NCBI GenBank assembly: GCA_002083405.1
Contig: LVWT01000045.1
Coordinates: forward strand, 17,637 to 81,636
Direction: 5' to 3'
Length of the DNA stretch: 64,000 bases
From: Nitrospira sp. SG-bin2
GTDB lineage: Bacteria > Nitrospirota > Nitrospiria > Nitrospirales > Nitrospiraceae
The notes below the pieces were generated by a model, which had not been told where the DNA came from, did not search any database, and was given only the letters and a program-made list of their open reading frames with translations. Below, one piece after another: positions 19,820 through 30,387 of the stretch (its first letter is position 1; the number at the start of each line of letters is the position of its first letter). Both the position numbers and the translations under genes were made by a program.

Positions 19820-19889
19820 GGCCTAACTGGCAACTGGGCATGAGGCCTAATGCCTAGTGGGCATGAGGCCCAGTACGACTGGGCACACT
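19820..19889. repeat. Three tandem degenerate ~23-bp direct repeats
   Basis: The three units are GGCCTAACTGGCAACTGGGCATGA, GGCCTAATGCCTAGTGGGCATGA and GGCCCAGTACGACTGGGCACACT. The array is intergenic. Confidence 0.7.
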
Positions 19890-20138
19890 ACCTACTAAGC
19901 GGTGGTCTTGTTACCAGGGTGTTGCAATGACAGAGCGTGACATCAGTACTCGATGCTCTGAAATGTGACCTGTGCTTGTCGCAAACAGCCGACCTGCTCC
20001 ATGCCTAAGTCTGCGAACGCCTCTGCCGCCGCGCAACAGAATGGCTGTTGGCAACGCTAGCAAAGCCAGACCCCATGGCTCATTCAAGTCAGGTCAGGTT
20101 GCCAGGTGAGAATGAGCACGCCGCAGGCGAGGACGGTT

Positions 20139-20276
20139 CTACAGATTGACCTGGTAATGTGTGCTCCGGCCGCCGCCGATGGCAGTGAACACGCCTTTGT
20201 CCGCCAAATTCTGCGAGTCGCGTGTGGCTGTGGCCTTTGATGCGCCGGTGATGGTCGTGTATTTCGTAGCGCTCAT
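20139..20276 (-). pseudogene. Isolated C-terminal winged-HTH fragment (45 codons) of a larger gene
   Basis: MSATKYTTITGASKATATRDSQNLADKGVFTAIGGGRSTHYQVNL resembles the terminal wHTH of Fic/AlbA_2-type regulators (...TGxSxxTAxRDLxxLxxKGxL...GxGRxTxY). A stop lies 4 codons upstream. Confidence 0.4.
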
Positions 20277-20400
20277 GCTACTCACCTACGACAAGGCCAC
20301 TGCTATCCAGTTCATTGCGATGAAAAGCATGAGCCGGATAGTGGCCATTTTCAGCTCATGGGAGCGACGTGAGGTAGACTGATGACTGTTGTGAGTAGCT

Positions 20401-20444
20401 AGAAACAAGAAGCCCCAGACCGTTCTTACGAGCGGTCTGGGGCT
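20401..20444 (-). terminator. Rho-independent terminator downstream of the 20465-20830 gene
   Basis: AGCCCCAGACCG (20411-20422) pairs with CGGTCTGGGGCT (20433-20444). On the minus strand it is followed by TCTTGTTTCT. Confidence 0.7.
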
Positions 20445-20464
20445 TGAAGATGCCGGAGTGGAGG

Positions 20465-20830
20465 TTATTCCACTTCGACGGTGATCGTATGAGAAGCCAC
20501 GACGGGATCGTGATCCTTGGTCGCCCCGTTCAGGGAGACCTTATGTGTTCCCTTGCTCAGACTCTTGATCGTTCCGGAAAATCCCTTCTGATATTCGCCG
20601 TCTACATAGGCATGGACATGCGTCGCCTGCGTTCCCTTGGTCAAGTCATACTTGATCTCGAAGGTGTCGCTGACTTTGGCTCCGTCCTTGGGGGACGTAA
20701 TCACCAGCTTCGATCCGTCCTCAACCGGCGCTGCTGCCGGCTTATCTCCTGCCAAGGCCAGCCCTCCGCTGAGGCAGCCGGCCAATACGATTCCCAATCC
20801 CATCAACCCGATACGTCCCATCTGCTGCAT
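20465..20830 (-). CDS. Small exported lipoprotein-like protein, His-rich beta-sandwich type (DUF4399-like?)
   Basis: 121 aa with a signal peptide and lipobox-like VLAGC. The core is ATHVHAYVDGEYQKGFSG...KGTHKV. It is a paralogue of the ORF at 35406-35750. Confidence 0.6.
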   Translation of the reverse strand: MQQMGRIGLMGLGIVLAGCLSGGLALAGDKPAAAPVEDGSKLVITSPKDGAKVSDTFEIKYDLTKGTQATHVHAYVDGEYQKGFSGTIKSLSKGTHKVSLNGATKDHDPVVASHTITVEVE

Positions 20831-20977
20831 TGCAACCTCCCTAGTTTGAACTCACTGAATGGACACGACGGCCTGTCCTGCTCTGCCGGATGTCCTTGTG
20901 CTTGTTGACCCGTCGTTCACCGGTAGAGCATACCGATACATTCTAATTTTCAAAATGGCGCTAGTCAATCCGTCCGT

Positions 20978-23242
20978 TTACAGCGCGCCGAACATTCGTT
21001 CGAAAAAGGCCTTGGTGAGCGTCATATGTTGCGTGATATCCGTCTGGAGATGCCTGGCCCCAGCTTGCCAATCATCCGTCGTATAGCCCACCCGTCGCGC
21101 CAGGAAGATAAACTCATCTGAATCAGTCGGGGGAAGAACGCGGTCTTTGGCGTTGCCCCGGACCATCCGAAGGCCGTCGATGAGCATCCGGATGAAGAAA
21201 TACGCCTTGCGTAAATTCTCGCCGTCCGGTCTCGTGACAATCCCGCACTCGACGAGCCCGGCGAGCGCCTGCATCGTGTTGGGTGTGCGTAACACGGAGC
21301 GCGTATGGCCGTGCATGATTTGGAGGTATTGCACGGCATATTCGATATCGACGATTCCGCCCGGACTGTACTTGAGGTTGACCGTGCCATGCTCTACCAG
21401 TTGCTTCAGTTGCTGCCGGCGCAGGTCCAGGGCGACCGCGATGTCCCACGGGGTTCCACTGTAGACATAGGCGTCACGATGGGCTTCGACACGTTTGCCC
21501 AGGGCTGCATCGCCCGCCACATGCCGCAGTTTGATCAAGGATTGCCGCTCGAACGGAGCGGCGAGGCCTGCGTCACTGTAATACCCGATGATTTCGTCGA
21601 ACGGATTTGTCAGAGAGCCTTTGCCGCCGTGGGGACGGAGGCGCACGTCGAGATGGAAGATCCCCTCCTGTCTGGACTCGATCCACTGCAGCAGCTCCTG
21701 CCCTAGGCGTTCGAAGTATTCACTGTTGTCGATGGCCTGTTTGCCGCCGGTACGCCCTGCGTCGCCGTAGACGAACAGGACTTCGATATCGGAGGCATAG
21801 CCCAGTTCACGGCCGCCGAATTTGCCCAACCCAAGAATCGTGAAGGGACAGGGTTTCTTATTGGCCAAACGCGGAGGGCCGTAGAGCTTGTTTAATTTGG
21901 CCTGGCAGTCCTTCAGGCTCCGGTCCACGATCACTTCAGCCAACTGGGTGAGCGCGCCGGAAAAGTCGGCCAGCGCGATCCCCGGCTCGACGATGTGCTT
22001 CATGTCGATACGAAACAGCTCGCGGTCCTTAAAGGTGTTCAAGGCGGTCTTGCGCGCGTCGGCGGTTTTGGCCTGGCCCACGAAGCGATCAATCTCTCTG
22101 CGGAGTGATGTTCGAGGCTTGGCCAGCGGGGCGTCACGATAGTCCTGCAGGAGCGGCAGGAGGTTGGTGTGTTGCCGGCGCAGAAAGTCTTCCCAGAGAA
22201 AGTCGCTGGTGCCGAGTAAGCGGGCGAGGAGCGGAAACGTTTTTTTGTCGCTGAGCAGCGCAAGGGCCTGCTGCTGGGCCTTGCCTTTCGTCCCTTGCAC
22301 GATGAGGTCGAGGAACTGGTCGAAGGCTTCGAGGGCTTTGGTCGGGTCCGGTGCCCAGGTCAACGCATGGGTGAACTGCTTGATGAGCACGGCTGTCAAG
22401 CGCAACTGTTGCTGATCGGTCGGATCGGTCAGCTTCTGCCCGTAGCGATTGCGGACATAGAAGCGGTCGTGCAGCTTGGCGTCCTCGATGTCGATTTGCG
22501 CTTTGGAGATATAGACATTGCGCATCGCGAGCGCGTTGGCGAAGGCGTAAAGAAACGCGGGGGTATCGTCTGATCGGATGTCCATAATCGTGTCTGTCTG
22601 AGACTGGCTGTTGTCGAAGGTGATTTGGACGGGATGGAGCAGGCCGCTGAAGGACCCGCGGCGCCGGCCGAGTTGTTCGACCAGCCGTCGATTTACCGCA
22701 TGGCGGGCTTCTTCGAACTGGTTCGTGTCGAGCAGGCCGATGACGGAGCGCAGCTCCTGCGCAAGCCGGTTCTGTTCAACCGGTCCGAACGAGGCGCCGT
22801 GAACCGGTTGGACGCGGAAGATGTCGACGATTTTCTTGCTGCTCAGCCCCGGCCGCACATGTGGACGCCGGCGCGGACTTTCATTGTAGGAGGCTTTGGC
22901 TGGTTTGGCCGATGCGGCTTCGGCGAACGTATAGATTTGGCCTTCTTCGATGTTTAATCCGAAGGAGGATAGGAGGCCGCAGATGGTGGCGAATTCGGCA
23001 AAATAGTCATAGGCGACGATGGTCACATCGGCACGGCCTCCCTGTTGTTCGGTGATCGAGAGTTCGCAGAGATGGTCCGGCGTCAGTTGAGCTGCCAGAT
23101 GAATGTGCCTTGCAATGGCGGTTGGATCGACTCGCCGGAAATATTCCTGATCCATTCGGCTGATAAAGTCGTGCAAAATGTCGGACGGGACGTCCTGGCA
23201 GTGAGACGTGACGGTCCGGAGAATCTCTTCGCGGTTGTCCAT
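20978..23242 (-). CDS. ACT-ACT-GlnE fusion: glutamine synthetase adenylyltransferase-type nucleotidyltransferase with two N-terminal GlnD-like ACT domains
   Basis: 754 aa from the ATG at 23242. ACT-like segments are ADVTIVAYDYFAEFATICGLLSSFGLNIEEGQIYTF and TIMDIRSDDTPAFLYAFANALAMRNVYISKAQIDIEDAKLHDRFYV. These are followed by the GlnE NTase motif GLGKFGGRELGYASDIEVLFVY and a GlnE C-terminal helical domain. Confidence 0.8.
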   Translation of the reverse strand: MDNREEILRTVTSHCQDVPSDILHDFISRMDQEYFRRVDPTAIARHIHLAAQLTPDHLCELSITEQQGGRADVTIVAYDYFAEFATICGLLSSFGLNIEEGQIYTFAEAASAKPAKASYNESPRRRPHVRPGLSSKKIVDIFRVQPVHGASFGPVEQNRLAQELRSVIGLLDTNQFEEARHAVNRRLVEQLGRRRGSFSGLLHPVQITFDNSQSQTDTIMDIRSDDTPAFLYAFANALAMRNVYISKAQIDIEDAKLHDRFYVRNRYGQKLTDPTDQQQLRLTAVLIKQFTHALTWAPDPTKALEAFDQFLDLIVQGTKGKAQQQALALLSDKKTFPLLARLLGTSDFLWEDFLRRQHTNLLPLLQDYRDAPLAKPRTSLRREIDRFVGQAKTADARKTALNTFKDRELFRIDMKHIVEPGIALADFSGALTQLAEVIVDRSLKDCQAKLNKLYGPPRLANKKPCPFTILGLGKFGGRELGYASDIEVLFVYGDAGRTGGKQAIDNSEYFERLGQELLQWIESRQEGIFHLDVRLRPHGGKGSLTNPFDEIIGYYSDAGLAAPFERQSLIKLRHVAGDAALGKRVEAHRDAYVYSGTPWDIAVALDLRRQQLKQLVEHGTVNLKYSPGGIVDIEYAVQYLQIMHGHTRSVLRTPNTMQALAGLVECGIVTRPDGENLRKAYFFIRMLIDGLRMVRGNAKDRVLPPTDSDEFIFLARRVGYTTDDWQAGARHLQTDITQHMTLTKAFFERMFGAL

Positions 23243-23329
23243 TGTGCAGGCAGTATACCGCAATGCCGTTCATTGTGTGAGAGGGAGCGCGCCAGTATAA
23301 TGCCGCGCCAGACGGAGATGGCGAGGAAC

Positions 23330-23357
23330 GTGAAACGTGAGGCGTGAAACGTGAGGC
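23330..23357. repeat. Heptamer-period repeat array (GTGAAAC GTGAGGC)x2
   Basis: GTGAAACGTGAGGCGTGAAACGTGAGGC lies in the divergent gap between the two GlnE-type genes. The same family occurs at 30894-30921 and, reverse-complemented, at 54835-54855. Confidence 0.75.
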
Positions 23358-25087
23358 GAAAGCCTGAGAAAGCCGGTAAGTCAGGATCACCGCCCGGGAA
23401 ACTGGTGCCGGGTTTACGGAGGGCATCGACCGGGCCTGATCCGACTCCCGTCTTGCTGGCTGAAGAGCGGAAGCCCGAGCAGATCCGAGCCATTTTATCG
23501 GCCTATGGATTAAGGAATATCGAACAGGCCGACCGCAATCTTGGCACGATGGCCGGGGAACCGCATGAGCGGCGTCAGTTGGCCGAGATCCTTCCACAGC
23601 TGTTAGCGGCCGTCGCGCGGACGGCCGATCCCGATCAAGCACTCAATCATTGGGAACGGCTGTTATCAAACGTGACCCGCTCATCCTTTCTGGACTATCT
23701 GCGCAGTTGGCCGCGCATGGTGGAGGTCCTCGCGACGATTTTTGGCAACAGTGATTCGCTGGCTTTCACGATCGTTCGCGATCCCATGCTGGTCTATTGG
23801 CTGGCTGAGGAATCTGTGCTCTCGAAGCCGGCAACCCGTGCCGACATTGAACAGTCACTGCAAAAGCAGCTGGCCAGGTTGACGGCGAAGGAGTTGAAAC
23901 TGGATGTGTTGCGCCGGGTGCGGCGGCGGGAGATGTTGCGGATTGGTGTGCGCGACCTGCTGCGCATGGCCGACGTGCCGGAGACCATGGCAGCCCTCTC
24001 CGATTTGGCCGGTGCCTTAATTCACGCAGCCTATCAGGTGGTGGATGCGGACTTGCGCTCCCTCTACGGCGTTCCCATGCATAAGAACCGGCGGGGGAAG
24101 TGGGTGGAGACCGGCTTTGCCGTGATGGGGATGGGGAAACTCGGCGGTCATGAGCTGAATTACAGCTCCGACGTTGATCTGATCTACGTCTACGCGTCGC
24201 ATGAAGGAGAAACGAGGGCCCTGCGCGGAAAGCCAGCCGGGAAGCCGGCGGGTGCCGGTATTTCCAGCGAGGAATATTTTGAAATCCTCTCGCGCGAGCT
24301 GACCAAGGCGCTGGTCGAACAGACCAGAGAGGGGTACGTCTTTCGTGTGGATCTGCGTCTGCGGGCCGAAGGGTCCGTCGGGCAGTTAGCCCGCTCGCTG
24401 GCGGATTACAAAAAATATTACGAGACCAGAGGCATGGCGTGGGAACGATTGGCGCTCCTGAAAGCCTGGCCGGTGGCAGGGTCGACGGCGGTGGGGCAGG
24501 CGTTCTTGAAAATGGCCAGGCCGTTCATTTTTGGCGTGGGGAAGATGGATTGTGATGGAGCGCTGGCGATCGTGCAGAATGTGCGGGCGGTGAAGGAGAT
24601 GATCGATGCGAAGATGGCCGAGCGCGGCCATGAGCGGCGCAATGTGAAGCTTGGAATCGGTGGCATCAGGGAGATCGAATTTCTCGTGCAGACGGTACAG
24701 GTGTTGGCGGGGAGGCAGGCGCCGGCGCTTTTCGACCGCAGCACGCTCGGGGCGCTGCCCCGGTTTGTGACACGCAGGCTGCTCTCGGGCCGGGAGCGTG
24801 ATGAGCTGACGGCGGCGTATCTCTTTCTACGCGATGTCGAGCACAAGCTTCAGATGGTCCATGACCTCCAAACCCATGCGCTGCCGGATGAGACGGAGGA
24901 GTTGGAGCGTTGCGCCATCCGTGGGGGCTACGACGGCAGCGATCGGACTGCTGCCGTGAAGAAGTTCCTGGCGGATCATGCGGCCCATACGGCTGCCGTG
25001 CACCGGGCGTTTCAGTCGCTCTTCTATGAACCTACTACGTCGTCGGTATTCAAAGCGACTCTTCGGGTCATGGGAGCGAAGGGCTGA
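23351..25087 (+). CDS. glnE: GlnE-type glutamine synthetase adenylyltransferase/adenylyl-removase, single nucleotidyltransferase module
   Basis: 578 aa with the NTase motif GMGKLGGHELNYSSDVDLIYVY and GlnE helical domains. The start is uncertain because the GTG at 23351 lies inside the repeat array. Confidence 0.8.
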   Translation: MRRKPEKAGKSGSPPGKLVPGLRRASTGPDPTPVLLAEERKPEQIRAILSAYGLRNIEQADRNLGTMAGEPHERRQLAEILPQLLAAVARTADPDQALNHWERLLSNVTRSSFLDYLRSWPRMVEVLATIFGNSDSLAFTIVRDPMLVYWLAEESVLSKPATRADIEQSLQKQLARLTAKELKLDVLRRVRRREMLRIGVRDLLRMADVPETMAALSDLAGALIHAAYQVVDADLRSLYGVPMHKNRRGKWVETGFAVMGMGKLGGHELNYSSDVDLIYVYASHEGETRALRGKPAGKPAGAGISSEEYFEILSRELTKALVEQTREGYVFRVDLRLRAEGSVGQLARSLADYKKYYETRGMAWERLALLKAWPVAGSTAVGQAFLKMARPFIFGVGKMDCDGALAIVQNVRAVKEMIDAKMAERGHERRNVKLGIGGIREIEFLVQTVQVLAGRQAPALFDRSTLGALPRFVTRRLLSGRERDELTAAYLFLRDVEHKLQMVHDLQTHALPDETEELERCAIRGGYDGSDRTAAVKKFLADHAAHTAAVHRAFQSLFYEPTTSSVFKATLRVMGAKG

Positions 25088-25192
25088 TCGAGGCTGAAAC
25101 GGATACGAAACACGAAGGCCCCGGCGGTCTCCCGCCGGGGCCTTCATTTCCGACTCCGAGCTATCGGCCATACGCCATCAGCTCTTCGTTTC

Positions 25193-26869
<1,677 letters not shown>

Positions 26870-26945
26870 TTAAAGTCAAAAAGTCATAAGCCGGATTGGA
26901 GACTTGACGACCTTAAGACTTGCCGGCTTGGGACGCCTGCGTGTC

Positions 26946-27245
26946 TTATGCCGTGAAAATGCCCAAGATGTCTTCTTCCTTCAGGATCAAGCACTCTTCG
27001 TCTTCGATGCGGAGCTTGCTTCCTGAGTACTTGTCGAACAAGACATGGTCGCCGACCTTGACGTTCTCGACCTTCTTGCCGACTGCTTGCACGACACCCC
27101 GCTGAGGCTTCTCTTTTGCCGAATCCGGCACATAAATTCCGCCGGCGGTCCGCTCCAGTTCCTCGGTATAGGTGACGAATACCCGCTCACCCAGCGGTTG
27201 AAACCCCTTGGCAACGTTCTTCTTTTCCTTCTCAGCTGTGCTCAT
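26946..27245 (-). CDS. groS: Co-chaperonin GroES
   Basis: 99 aa with FQPLGERVFV...TAGGIYVPDSAKEKPQRGVVQAVG. It carries a ~12-aa N-terminal extension relative to typical GroES. Confidence 0.9.
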   Translation of the reverse strand: MSTAEKEKKNVAKGFQPLGERVFVTYTEELERTAGGIYVPDSAKEKPQRGVVQAVGKKVENVKVGDHVLFDKYSGSKLRIEDEECLILKEEDILGIFTA

Positions 27246-27368
27246 AACAGAACCTCCTCCTGATGAAAGTTAACTCGTCATTGTGAACGATGTGGGATGG
27301 GCTTGTACTCGATCGCGCTGATAGTGTACGCACTCGAATAGGCAGAAGCCCTGCTCGACTCGGAACCA

Positions 27369-27396
27369 GAGATAGCCCTGGCTCGACGCAAGTCAA
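27369..27396 (-). promoter_or_regulatory. Candidate promoter upstream of groES (CCCTTGACT-16 nt-TATCTC on the minus strand)
   Basis: On the minus strand the -35 TTGACT is at 27396-27391 and the -10 TATCTC at 27374-27369. The CTTGA -35 half also fits sigma-32-type promoters. I found no CIRCE element. Confidence 0.3.
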
Positions 27397-27525
27397 GGGG
27401 TGGGGCAGAGGATTTTCTATTGCCTCCCACTCTGTCGAACGAAGTATCTTAACTCATTGAGAATTCGGTATTCCAGAGCTATTTTTCAGTGTGTCTACAC
27501 GCATGATGCACATATGCGTGGGGGG

Positions 27526-28524
27526 CTAAGTCTGCAACTGGTCGAAATCTTTGACGTCCTTCCTAATATAGTCGCGCAGCCGCTTGATGATGCGGGCCTC
27601 TAACTGGCGGGTTCGCTCTTTGGTGATGCCATATTTCCCGCCCAGATCGTCCAATGTCAGCGGATCTTCAGAGAGGATACGATTTCTGAGAATGTCTTCG
27701 TCCCGTTCGTCCAAGGTCTTGATGAACTCCGCCAGTTTTGCACGAAAGAGCGTGCGTAACTGCTGATCGGCAAGCTGTTCGTCCGCCGGTTTCTGTTGTG
27801 ACGGGAGAATGTCGAGCAGGCTGCCGTCTTGATTCTCGCCGATCGGTTGGTCCAGCGACAGTTCCCAGTTACCCAGGCGCGCATCCATTTCGATCACGTC
27901 GCGTTCACGGACGTTCAAGCGGTCCGCGAGCAGCTTCGTATCGGGGGCGAACCCTTCCCGTTCGAGCTTGGCCTTTTCCTTTTTCAAGTTATAGAACAGC
28001 TTCCGCTGATCCTGGGTTGTTCCGATCTTCACCAGCCGGAAGGTATTGAGCAGGTACCGAAGAATATAGGCCCGGGACCACCAGGCCGCATAGGCGTAGA
28101 AGCGGACATTCTTGGCCGGATCGAATTTCTTGATCGCCTGCATCAGGCCGACGTTGCCCTCTTGAATCAAATCCATATGGTCGGCGCCGGTATGGAGATA
28201 TTCCGATGCGATGGCGACCGACACGCGCAAGTTGGCCATGATGAGTTTGACTGCCGCTTCACGGCTGCCGTGCGCATGATATTCCTGGAAGAGCCGAAGC
28301 TCTTCTTCTTTGGAAAGGTAGGGATAGCGTCGGATTTCGGCAAGATACTGCTGCAGCGCCGTGACCGGCACCACGGCTGTGGTGTCGGCTGGCGCACTGT
28401 GGACGGGGTCCGGCGCGGGGCTGAGTTCCACAACAGGCGGAGCGTTGTTCAGCTCCTCGTCCGAGGGCCCTAAGACCTCTGGCTCAAGGATCTCGTCGTC
28501 CGGATCATCTTTCCGAGTCGCCAT
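27526..28524 (-). CDS. rpoH: Heat-shock sigma factor RpoH (sigma-32)
   Basis: 332 aa with sigma-70 regions 2-4 and an RpoH-box-like QDQRKLFYNLKKEK. The N-terminus is an acidic/Pro-rich extension. Confidence 0.85.
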   Translation of the reverse strand: MATRKDDPDDEILEPEVLGPSDEELNNAPPVVELSPAPDPVHSAPADTTAVVPVTALQQYLAEIRRYPYLSKEEELRLFQEYHAHGSREAAVKLIMANLRVSVAIASEYLHTGADHMDLIQEGNVGLMQAIKKFDPAKNVRFYAYAAWWSRAYILRYLLNTFRLVKIGTTQDQRKLFYNLKKEKAKLEREGFAPDTKLLADRLNVRERDVIEMDARLGNWELSLDQPIGENQDGSLLDILPSQQKPADEQLADQQLRTLFRAKLAEFIKTLDERDEDILRNRILSEDPLTLDDLGGKYGITKERTRQLEARIIKRLRDYIRKDVKDFDQLQT

Positions 28525-28633
28525 ATGAATCGCAAACTATAACAGAACCTCGGCCCGTGACAATGGCCAATGGTCAATGGTAGATTGCCATCACACCGAC
28601 CGGTTATCCATTTACCATTCCATTCATCCAGCG

Positions 28634-29842
28634 ATGGCTACGCCGTTTGACAGTATCGAAAGCGCGATTCGGGACATCAAGAAGGGCAAATTCATTATCC
28701 TGGTCGACGACGAAGACCGGGAAAATGAAGGTGATCTCGTCATCGCGGCAGAGAAAGTGACTCCGCAGGCCGTCAATTTCATGGCCAAGCATGCGCGTGG
28801 GCTGATTTGTCTGGCCCTCACGCCGGAGCGAGTTGAGGAGCTGCAACTGCCTCAGCAGGCCGTTGAGAATACCGCGACATTCGGGACCGCCTTTACGGTG
28901 TCGATCGATGCCCGCAAGGATGTGACGACCGGCATCTCCGCCGCCGACCGCGCCACCACCATTCATGCCGCGATCGATCCAAAATCGAAACCCAGCGATC
29001 TGGCGCGCCCCGGCCATATTTTCCCGTTGAAGGCTCAGCATGGCGGTGTATTGAAACGTGCCGGCCAGACGGAAGGCTCCGTCGATCTGGCGCGGTTAGC
29101 CGGATTGTATCCAGCCGGAGTGATTTGCGAGATCATGAACGAGGACGGCACCATGGCGCGTGTGCCGGAGCTGGCTAAATTTGCCAGGGCACACAAGCTG
29201 ACGATGGTAACCGTGAAGGCGCTGATTGAGCACCGCATGCGCCGCGAGACCTTTGTCCGGCGGATGGCAAGCGCGAAGCTGCCGACGACCTTCGGTGAGT
29301 TCGAAGCGGTCGCGTTCGAGAACCAAATCGACGGGATCACCCACATCGCGCTGGTACGGGGGCGGGTGGATACCGGCGAGCCGACGCTGGTGCGGGTGCA
29401 TTCCGGCTGTCTGACCGCCGATGCGCTGGGCTCTCTCCGCTGCGATTGCCGTGATCAGCTCCACGCGGCGATGGAAGTCATCCAAAAGGCCGACCGGGGG
29501 GTGCTGCTCTATCTCAATCAGGAAGGGCGCGGGATCGGGTTGCTCAACAAGATCAGGGCCTACGGGCTTCAGGACACAGGCAGCGATACGGTCGAGGCGA
29601 ATTTGAAACTCGGGTTCAAGGCCGATCTGAGGGACTATGGCGTCGGCGCGCAGATTTTGGCGAGTCTCGGGCTGCACCAGATTCAGCTGATCACGAATAA
29701 CCCGCGCAAGATCGTCGGGATCGAAGGCTATGGATTGAAAGTCGTCGAGCGGGTGCCGATCGAGATCGCGCCGCGCGCAGCGAACGTGCGGTACCTCCGA
29801 ACCAAAAAAAATAAGATGGGCCATATTTTGAAAAAGGTATGA
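28634..29842 (+). CDS. ribBA: Bifunctional 3,4-dihydroxy-2-butanone-4-phosphate synthase / GTP cyclohydrolase II
   Basis: [11 protein letters not shown] (DHBPS) plus [18 protein letters not shown] (GCH II zinc site). The ATG at 28634 is preferred. Confidence 0.92.
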   Translation: MATPFDSIESAIRDIKKGKFIILVDDEDRENEGDLVIAAEKVTPQAVNFMAKHARGLICLALTPERVEELQLPQQAVENTATFGTAFTVSIDARKDVTTGISAADRATTIHAAIDPKSKPSDLARPGHIFPLKAQHGGVLKRAGQTEGSVDLARLAGLYPAGVICEIMNEDGTMARVPELAKFARAHKLTMVTVKALIEHRMRRETFVRRMASAKLPTTFGEFEAVAFENQIDGITHIALVRGRVDTGEPTLVRVHSGCLTADALGSLRCDCRDQLHAAMEVIQKADRGVLLYLNQEGRGIGLLNKIRAYGLQDTGSDTVEANLKLGFKADLRDYGVGAQILASLGLHQIQLITNNPRKIVGIEGYGLKVVERVPIEIAPRAANVRYLRTKKNKMGHILKKV

Positions 29843-30387
29843 AGGTAGGGATGAAGCCTCGGAAGGAACTGCGCAACGCAGCTGGGTTCAGGTTCGGCAT
29901 CGTCGTTGCGACGTTCAACAAGCTGGTGACGGACAGATTGCTTTCCTCCTGCCTCGATGGTCTGACCAAGCAGGGCGTGAAGGAAACGGACGTCGAAGTG
30001 GTCCGGGTTCCGGGTGCCTTCGAAATCCCGCTGGTCGCGCGAACGTTGGCGAAGTCGGGCCGGCTCAACGCGGTGATTTGCCTGGGGGCGGTCATTCGCG
30101 GGGACACGCCGCATTTCGACTTTATCAGCGCCGAGGCAAGCCGCGGAGTCGGCCAGGCTGCGCTGGACTCCGGAGTGCCGGTAATTTTTGGAGTGCTGAC
30201 GACGGATACCGAGACGCAAGCCATCGAGCGGGCCGATCCCGGCACGTTCAACCGAGGCGGTGAGGCGGCAAAGTCGGCGATCCAAATGGCGACGGTGATG
30301 CGGATGTTGAAAGGAGAGGCTGACAGATCGGCAAGTTCCAGGCTGACAAGCGGGACGGTCAAGCGTCAAGGCGGGAGAACGCGATGA
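29839..30387 (+). CDS. ribH: 6,7-dimethyl-8-ribityllumazine synthase
   Basis: [12 protein letters not shown] and [11 protein letters not shown]. The last ~22 codons ([22 protein letters not shown]) extend beyond the usual RibH end and are encoded by the GCTGACA repeat array. Confidence 0.9.
   Translation: MKVGMKPRKELRNAAGFRFGIVVATFNKLVTDRLLSSCLDGLTKQGVKETDVEVVRVPGAFEIPLVARTLAKSGRLNAVICLGAVIRGDTPHFDFISAEASRGVGQAALDSGVPVIFGVLTTDTETQAIERADPGTFNRGGEAAKSAIQMATVMRMLKGEADRSASSRLTSGTVKRQGGRTR

Noticed and set aside
20075-20125. SRP-RNA-like word CAGGTCAGGT and an 8-bp hairpin (GCTCATTC/GAATGAGC)
   Set aside because: The region lacks the GGAAGGAAGCAGC domain-IV core and the surrounding helix. It is probably just a local hairpin downstream of the wHTH fragment.
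27246-27525. Search for a CIRCE (HrcA) operator upstream of groES
   Set aside because: No TTAGCACTC-N9-GAGTGCTAA-like inverted repeat was found by eye on either strand.
28525-28633. Possible FMN riboswitch upstream of ribBA
   Set aside because: The gap is only ~110 nt, is shared with the divergent rpoH gene, and lacks the conserved FMN-element core sequences I know.
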